This document shows positions 58,138 to 64,000 of a DNA stretch of 64,000 nt, in pieces. Origin of the DNA: a virus; the IMG/VR virus record IMGVR_UViG_3300021354_000450, positions 77,322-141,321 of that record, one strand, 5' to 3'. Each line of letters starts with the position of its first letter. The first letter of the stretch is position 1. The notes under the pieces were generated by a model. The model saw only the letters and a program-made list of their open reading frames with translations. It made no database searches and was not told where the DNA came from. The translations under genes and the position numbers were made by a program.

Positions 58138-59052
58138 ATGCCCAATACAATAATAACACAGCCGAGTGGCCGTAGACAAAAGTATCTAAACAATAAAGAT
58201 TTGTTAGCAGAGATACACAAAAGTAAAGCAACATTTTCAAGTTATACAAGTAAAGATTATATCCAACATGATATTATCATAAACTCATTAAATGAAATTA
58301 ATGATGAGATAATCGCAGCCGCAAGAAAAAATCGTGCAAAACGGTATGGGATCGAAGCGTTTGCAGTGGCAAGACTCGCAGGTGATAAAAAATCAAAGTT
58401 GATCGAACTTACACCTGAACTAGAAACTATTAATAAAACTGAGTTAGTCATTAGACTAATGACATTTGACCATATTCCAGAATCGCCTGGTCGTAAGAAA
58501 ACAACAAAAACTGTTGCAGATGCTCACGAAAAAGTAAATTTCCCTCCATATCAACATTGGAAATTTAATGATCAAGATATTTTAGAATGTGTTGGTAAAA
58601 GTCACTGGAAAGGTGATATCAATACAGGCAAATTCAGCAAAGATCATGGAAGAATTACAGAAAATCTTGGTAAGATGTTTATCAAGTTGTCAGAACGATA
58701 TGCACAACGAAGTAATTGGCGTGGATATACCTATCTTGAAGAAATGAAAGGTCAAGCTATTTTACAACTTAGCCAAATTGGCCTTCAGTTTGATGAAAGC
58801 AAATCAGAAAATCCATTTGCTTACTATACTGCCGCAGTTACAAATAGTTTTACACGAATTCTTAATCTAGAAAAGAAAATGCAAAATATTCGCGATGATT
58901 TATTAGAAGTTGCTGGGCTAACTCCTTCGATGACTCGTCAAAATAGTCAAGAATTTGCAGAAGAAGTTTCTCGCCAAGCAGATATGTACAAAAAGTTTAG
59001 AATGCCAAAAAGTGATGAAGAAGCAGTTGAAGATGGAGAAGACAATTCTTGA
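58138..59052 (+). CDS. Late-transcription sigma factor (T4 gp55-like)
   Basis: YLNNKDLL, RSNWRGYTYLEEM, FDESKSENPFAYYT; immediately upstream of gp47/gp46 as in T4-like phages. Confidence 0.8.
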   Translation: MPNTIITQPSGRRQKYLNNKDLLAEIHKSKATFSSYTSKDYIQHDIIINSLNEINDEIIAAARKNRAKRYGIEAFAVARLAGDKKSKLIELTPELETINKTELVIRLMTFDHIPESPGRKKTTKTVADAHEKVNFPPYQHWKFNDQDILECVGKSHWKGDINTGKFSKDHGRITENLGKMFIKLSERYAQRSNWRGYTYLEEMKGQAILQLSQIGLQFDESKSENPFAYYTAAVTNSFTRILNLEKKMQNIRDDLLEVAGLTPSMTRQNSQEFAEEVSRQADMYKKFRMPKSDEEAVEDGEDNS

Positions 59053-59095
59053 TTTTAACCGGTACCATAATTAAACAACATTTCGGAGTTGAAGA

Positions 59096-60112
59096 ATGAG
59101 CAACTTGTTCAAGAAGGTTGCTGCCTTCACCGACATACATTTTGGATTAAAATCAAATTCAGCAACACATAATCAAGATTGTGAAGATTTTGTTGATTGG
59201 TTTATTGCAGAAGCAAAATTAGAAGGTGCAGAAGCCTGTATCTTTTTAGGTGACTGGCACCATAATAGAAATAGTATTAATTTAACAACTTTAGACACAA
59301 GTCTAAGATGTTTAGAAAAATTAGGTGCCGCATTTGAAAATTTCTTTTGGTTTCCTGGAAATCATGACTTATTTTACAAAGATAAACGTGATATTCACAG
59401 TTCTGCATTTGGAAAACATATTCCCGGTGTGACAATTGTTGATAAAGTAACAACAATAGGTAATGTAACATTAGTTCCGTGGCTAGTAGGAGAGGAATGG
59501 AAAGAAATTAGCAAAGTTAAAAGCAAATATATGTTTGGACACTTTGAATTACCATTATTTTACATGAATGCAATGGTGCAAATGCCAGATCATGGTGAAT
59601 TACAGATTAATCATTTTAAACATCAGGATTATGTTTTCAGCGGTCACTTCCATAAACGGCAATCACGTGATAAGATCGTATACATAGGAAATGCATTTCC
59701 GCACAATTTTGCAGATACGTGGGATGATGAAAGAGGTATGATGTTACTTGAATGGGGTGAGGTTCCTCAATTTAAAACGTGGGAAGATGCACCTAAGTAT
59801 AGAAATATTAAACTGTCAGAGCTTATTGATAGAAAAGATGAACTAATGAAGTCAAAAATGTACTTAAAAGTTAATCTCGACATTGATATTAGCTATGAAG
59901 AAGCAACTTTTATTAAAGAAACCTTTATAGGCGAATATGATATTAGAGAAATGAGTTTAATACAAGAAAAAAATAATATCGAAAGTGTTGCAGATGATAA
60001 TTTAGAAACTAACTTTAAAAATGTTGATCAAATTGTAACAGAACAATTGATTAGTATTGATTCAGATGCATTTGAAAAAAAACTTTTACTAGATCTTTAT
60101 AATAACCTATGA
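59096..60112 (+). CDS. Recombination nuclease subunit (gp47/Mre11/SbcD-like)
   Basis: DIHFG, GDWHH, GNHD, GHFE, SGHFH. Confidence 0.92.
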   Translation: MSNLFKKVAAFTDIHFGLKSNSATHNQDCEDFVDWFIAEAKLEGAEACIFLGDWHHNRNSINLTTLDTSLRCLEKLGAAFENFFWFPGNHDLFYKDKRDIHSSAFGKHIPGVTIVDKVTTIGNVTLVPWLVGEEWKEISKVKSKYMFGHFELPLFYMNAMVQMPDHGELQINHFKHQDYVFSGHFHKRQSRDKIVYIGNAFPHNFADTWDDERGMMLLEWGEVPQFKTWEDAPKYRNIKLSELIDRKDELMKSKMYLKVNLDIDISYEEATFIKETFIGEYDIREMSLIQEKNNIESVADDNLETNFKNVDQIVTEQLISIDSDAFEKKLLLDLYNNL

Positions 60113-61902
60113 ATTTTTCAATTGATAATTTAACTGCAAAAAATTTTATGTCTATTGGCAATCAAACACAAGCAATAGACTTTAACAAAGAACATCTTAC
60201 ATTAGTTCTTGGTGAGAATTTAGATTTAGGTGGGGATGATAGTGGTTCAAGAAACGGAACTGGTAAAACAACTATGATTAATGCCTTAAGTTATGCATTA
60301 TATGGTCAAGCACTTACTAATATCCGTAAAGAAAACTTAATTAATAAAACAAACGGAAAAAATATGCTTGTAACTACTAGTGGACAAGCAAATGGTCAAT
60401 TTTATCGTATTGAACGAGGAAGAAAACCAAATGTTCTTAAGTTATTCATCAATGATCAAGAACAACAGGCATCTGATGACAAAGATGATAATGCACAAGG
60501 TGATTCAAGAGAAACACAAAAGCATATTGAACAGTTATTAGGTATGAGTCATACAATGTTTAAACATTTGGTTGCTTTAAACACATATACTGAACCGTTC
60601 CTTTCAATGAGATCAGCAGATCAACGTGAAGTTATTGAACAGTTACTTGGAATTACTGTATTATCAGAAAAAGCTGAGAATTTAAAGGTCCAAGTTAAAA
60701 CTATTAAAGATAGTATACAATCAGAGTCATTTAAAATTGATAGTATCAAAGCTGCAAACGAAAATGTTCAAAAAAGTATTGATAGTTTAAAAATTAAAAG
60801 TTCTGTTTGGGAATCAAAAGTAGAACAAGAGCTTGAAAATTTAGGTAAAGCAATAATGCAGATTGATTCTGTTGATATTGAAGTTGAATTAGAAGCTCAT
60901 ACGTTACTTAAACAATGGAATGACAATAATAACAAGCTAAAAGACCTTAATAAACAAAAAGCAACATTAGAATCAGCATTTAGCCAAGCACAAAAGACAC
61001 GAGATCGGTATGTTAACGAATTAGAAAGTTTATCAAATAAAACATGCCATGCATGTGAACAATCACTTCATGATGAAAAACATCAAGAAATGACTAAAAC
61101 TGCAACGGGTCATGTAATAGATGCACAAAAATATTTCGATAAAGTCAGCACTGATCTTTCAAAAGTATGTGAAGACATTGAAACTTTAGGTATTTTACCA
61201 CGTCCTCCTACGACTTTTTATGAAACTGATTTAGAAGCACTAGGACATAAGAATAATCTTTCAAGTTTAGAACGAAGTTTAGAAGCAAAAGCAAACGAAG
61301 TTAACCCATATAACGAACAAATTGAAGAACTTAAGCATACTGCGATTCAAGAAATTACATGGGACACTATAAATGAATTAACTACAATTAAAGATCATCA
61401 AGAATTCTTGTATAAACTTTTAACAAATAAAGATAGTTTTATCCGTAAAAAGATAATTGATCAAAATCTTAGCTATCTTAACAAAAGATTAAGTTACTAC
61501 ATTGATAAAATGGGATTACCACATCAAGTTATTTTTCAAAATGACTTAAATGTTGAGATAACGCAATTAGGACAAGACTTAGATTTTGATAACCTAAGTA
61601 GAGGTGAACGTAATAGACTTATTTTAAGTTTAAGTTTTGCATTTAGAGATGTTTGGGAAAACTTATATCAACATATTAACTTATTGTTTGTAGATGAGTT
61701 GATTGATGCAGGAATGGATTCTGCAGGAGTCGAAGCAGGATTAGGAGTTCTTAAGAAAATGGCACGTGAAAGAAACAAAAATGTATTTTTAATCTCTCAT
61801 AAAGATGAACTTATCGGACGAGTAAACAATGTTTTACGTGTAGTTAAGGAAAATGGTTATACAAGTTATGATACAAATCCAGAATATGTAGAGGCCACAT
61901 GA
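60109..61902 (+). CDS. Recombination ATPase (gp46/Rad50/SbcC-like)
   Basis: Walker A NGTGKTT, coiled coil with CHAC zinc hook, LSRGE signature, Walker B FVDE, SH. Confidence 0.93.
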   Translation: MNFSIDNLTAKNFMSIGNQTQAIDFNKEHLTLVLGENLDLGGDDSGSRNGTGKTTMINALSYALYGQALTNIRKENLINKTNGKNMLVTTSGQANGQFYRIERGRKPNVLKLFINDQEQQASDDKDDNAQGDSRETQKHIEQLLGMSHTMFKHLVALNTYTEPFLSMRSADQREVIEQLLGITVLSEKAENLKVQVKTIKDSIQSESFKIDSIKAANENVQKSIDSLKIKSSVWESKVEQELENLGKAIMQIDSVDIEVELEAHTLLKQWNDNNNKLKDLNKQKATLESAFSQAQKTRDRYVNELESLSNKTCHACEQSLHDEKHQEMTKTATGHVIDAQKYFDKVSTDLSKVCEDIETLGILPRPPTTFYETDLEALGHKNNLSSLERSLEAKANEVNPYNEQIEELKHTAIQEITWDTINELTTIKDHQEFLYKLLTNKDSFIRKKIIDQNLSYLNKRLSYYIDKMGLPHQVIFQNDLNVEITQLGQDLDFDNLSRGERNRLILSLSFAFRDVWENLYQHINLLFVDELIDAGMDSAGVEAGLGVLKKMARERNKNVFLISHKDELIGRVNNVLRVVKENGYTSYDTNPEYVEAT

Positions 61903-62150
61903 CTAATTTGATAAACAAGTATATTGAAGAGCATGAAAAATTTATTGATGCTTTAGTCAAATATTATCCTGCACATGAAGATTTTTTAGCAAGACAAAGT
62001 CCAAAACGTACAGGTAATTTACGTAAGATCTATAAAGAAATGCGAATAGCATTACGAAATATGGAAAAAATATCTCAAGCAAGAATGCAAGAACGCAGAA
62101 TTGAATGGGGTTTAGTTAACAGAATAAAAAAGGAAAATAACAATGAGTGA
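61899..62150 (+). CDS. Small basic helical protein, possibly a divergent Hc1-like paralog
   Basis: Coupled ORF; F..RQSPKRTGNLRKIYKEMR resembles the next gene. Confidence 0.5.
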   Translation: MTNLINKYIEEHEKFIDALVKYYPAHEDFLARQSPKRTGNLRKIYKEMRIALRNMEKISQARMQERRIEWGLVNRIKKENNNE

Positions 62151-62337
62151 AACAATTCAAGCAATTAAAGAAGCAGTAACAGCATGGACTACAGAAGATG
62201 CAAAATTTGAAAGCGGCAACAGTGCAGCAGGTACTCGTGCTCGTAAAGCTTTAGCAGAAATCGGAAAGTTAATCAAAGCTCGTCGAACCGAAATTACTGC
62301 AGAAAAAAACGCACGTAAAGAAGCAAAAGGTTCTTAA
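62143..62337 (+). CDS. Histone H1-like protein (Hc1 family)
   Basis: KFESGNSAAGTRARKALAEI...R.EI..EKN. Confidence 0.8.
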   Translation: MSETIQAIKEAVTAWTTEDAKFESGNSAAGTRARKALAEIGKLIKARRTEITAEKNARKEAKGS

Positions 62338-62347
62338 GGTTAACTAA

Positions 62348-63073
62348 ATGAAAAATAAATTTTTAGGACTTCGTTGTAAAATTTGCGATGCAAAAACATC
62401 AATTTTAGGAGTTTGTGACTTCAATAAAACATGCGAAGAAGAAAAAAATAAAAAAGTTTTTTCTTGGATAGGATTTCCTGTTTATTATCATCAATGTGAA
62501 AATTGTAATTTTATTTTTACAACCGATTTTGATCAATGGTCAATTGAAGATTTTATTTTAAATATCTACAACGACGACTATATCAAAGTTGATCCAGATT
62601 ATAACGGAGAACGTCCTAAATTTTGTTTTTCATGGTTTTCTCCAATGTTAAATGGTGATAAATCAATTAATATTTTAGACTATGGTGCTGGAAACGATTT
62701 ATTCAGTAAAGAACTTAATAATCACGGTTACAAAGCAACAGGATGGGATCCGATGTGGCAAAAAGAACCAACATTTAATTTAGAAACAAAATTTGATGTT
62801 GTAACTGCATTTGAAGTATTAGAACATACTCCAACTCCTTTAGAAACATTAGATCAAATGATTAAATTTATTGATTCAGAAAGTGGACAAATTGTTTTTA
62901 GTACGCTGGTAAATGATATCATCGGTGATCAAGGTTTAAATTATTGGTATCTTGCTCCACGCAATGGTCATGTTTGTATGCATTCTCAAAAAAGTTTACA
63001 AATTATGTTTGATAAAGTAGGAATGGATTTTCAAAGTTTTAGTCCTAGTCAACATATTGCATTTTGGAAATAA
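62348..63073 (+). CDS. Class I SAM-dependent methyltransferase with N-terminal Cys pairs
   Basis: CKIC, CENC, ILDYGAG, FDVVTAFEVLEH. Confidence 0.85.
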   Translation: MKNKFLGLRCKICDAKTSILGVCDFNKTCEEEKNKKVFSWIGFPVYYHQCENCNFIFTTDFDQWSIEDFILNIYNDDYIKVDPDYNGERPKFCFSWFSPMLNGDKSINILDYGAGNDLFSKELNNHGYKATGWDPMWQKEPTFNLETKFDVVTAFEVLEHTPTPLETLDQMIKFIDSESGQIVFSTLVNDIIGDQGLNYWYLAPRNGHVCMHSQKSLQIMFDKVGMDFQSFSPSQHIAFWK

Positions 63074-63507
63074 TATTGTCTTGGTCGTATCAAGGAACAA
63101 TAGTCGAAAACCTACCTGAAGACTGTGTAGGTTTTGTCTATTTGATAACAAATACAACCAACAACAAAAAATATATTGGTAAGAAGTTAGCAAAGTTTAG
63201 TAAAACAACTTACAAAACTATAAAGCTAAAAAACGGCACAAAAAAGAAAAAGAAAATACGAAGTAAGGTTGATAGTGATTGGAAAGAATATTTTGGTTCC
63301 AATATTCATCTTAACGAAGATGTAAAAAACTTAGGCACTGACAAATTCATACGCGAAATTTTATTTTATTGCACATCAAAAGCAGAATGCTCTTATATCG
63401 AAGCACGTGAACAATTTACTCATAAAGTTTTAGAATCACATGATTATTACAATGGTCAAATTGCTGTACGTGTACATGGCTCACATATTTTAAAGAAAAA
63501 ACCTTAA
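63064..63507 (+). CDS. Minimal GIY-YIG nuclease (Seg-like) with a Lys-rich insertion
   Basis: GFVYLITN...KYIGKK, Y.GS, EAREQ, YYNG. The start may be TTG 63076. Confidence 0.8.
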   Translation: MEIILSWSYQGTIVENLPEDCVGFVYLITNTTNNKKYIGKKLAKFSKTTYKTIKLKNGTKKKKKIRSKVDSDWKEYFGSNIHLNEDVKNLGTDKFIREILFYCTSKAECSYIEAREQFTHKVLESHDYYNGQIAVRVHGSHILKKKP

Positions 63508-63890
63508 GGCAACATTTTACATATTATGCTCGCACCGGCAATCGGGTGCCTAGAGACAACCTGCAGAATAGTAGGGGACGGAAGACTCTGCGATGTACAG
63601 AGCACTTAGCAACTATCCTTAACAGGACGACGATCGCAAAAATGCCGCGGTTTTGCTATTTGAATAGAGTAACTAACGAGCTAAAAGAGAGGACAGTGAT
63701 CCTCAGAATTAATATTATGTTAGCGTATAATATTAATTTACCGTCATATTAAGAACGTGGCTAGGGGTACCGGATGACCGCCTCAGTAATGCTATAACGC
63801 TAATGACTAATAAAGAACTCAGATAATGTTTCTTTTTTCTCTTTACCCGTCCTGGGTAAAGTATGACCATTGAATCTAGATAATACTTAA
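63508..63890 (+). ncRNA. Candidate large structured non-coding RNA (family unassigned)
   Basis: Richer in GC than its flanks, no credible ORF, at least 9 hairpins and a loop-distal 7-bp complementarity. Strand and ends are inferred. Confidence 0.55.
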
Positions 63891-63966
63891 CATCTTTAAA
63901 GGTTTTAAAAAATGCTTCGAATATGAGTGTAAACGAATATGAAGAAGCATATGAGCGTTAAGCTCA

Positions 63967-63982
63967 TATAAATATATAAATA
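63967..63982 (+). promoter_or_regulatory. Tandem T4-type late promoter boxes
   Basis: TATAAATA twice, back to back. Confidence 0.55.
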
Positions 63983-64000
63983 ATAATAACACATTATAAG

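Noticed and set aside
63546-63752. 68-aa ORF in the terminal region
   Set aside because: GTG start without an SD, atypical composition, and coincident with dense RNA stems.
63574-63890. tmRNA, RNase P RNA or self-splicing intron identity for the structured region
   Set aside because: There is a GGGGAC, but no tRNA-like T-arm/CCA end, no RNase P GAGGAAAGTCC core, no group II domain V and no interrupted host gene.
1-64000. Stop-codon reassignment, as seen in some jumbo phages
   Set aside because: Genes are full length in the standard code, and TAA, TGA and TAG all end genes (TAG at 16998 and 34118).

Overview
This AT-rich, densely coded window (standard genetic code) looks like part of a large T4-like ('jumbo') myovirus genome, not a cellular chromosome. 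From left to right: (1) 1-4.4 kb, probable head-packaged proteins, including a ligase-like/HIGH-nucleotidyltransferase fusion and a HAD nucleotidase. (2) 4.4-8.4 kb, a DsbA/GapR-like protein, a family B DNA polymerase and a putative sliding clamp. (3) 8.6-18 kb, a 7-deazaguanine DNA-modification cluster: DpdA/TGT-like transglycosylase, DpdL-type T-fold protein, GT-B glycosyltransferase, FolE, PRTase, cupin, a CDGSH-like mini-protein and QueE. No QueC or canonical QueD is visible, and two homing endonucleases sit in or beside it. (4) 18-25 kb, RNase H/5' nuclease, a MoxR AAA+ and VWA pair, and hypothetical genes. (5) 25.3-58 kb on the minus strand, a tail-fibre/baseplate module with a 4489-aa wedge protein and gp6-, gp25-, gp5/GH19-, gp53- and gp48/54-like genes. 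(6) 58-63.5 kb, a gp55-like late sigma factor, gp47/gp46 (Mre11/Rad50), an Hc1-like protein, a SAM methyltransferase and a minimal GIY-YIG nuclease. That nuclease is followed by about 450 nt of highly structured non-coding sequence with a possible pseudoknot. The best leads are the GIY-YIG plus large structured RNA pair, the deazaguanine cluster with its glycosyltransferase, tandem operator-like hairpins before the polymerase, and the ligase-NTase fusion. All calls come from reading motifs by eye; no searches or folding programs were run.
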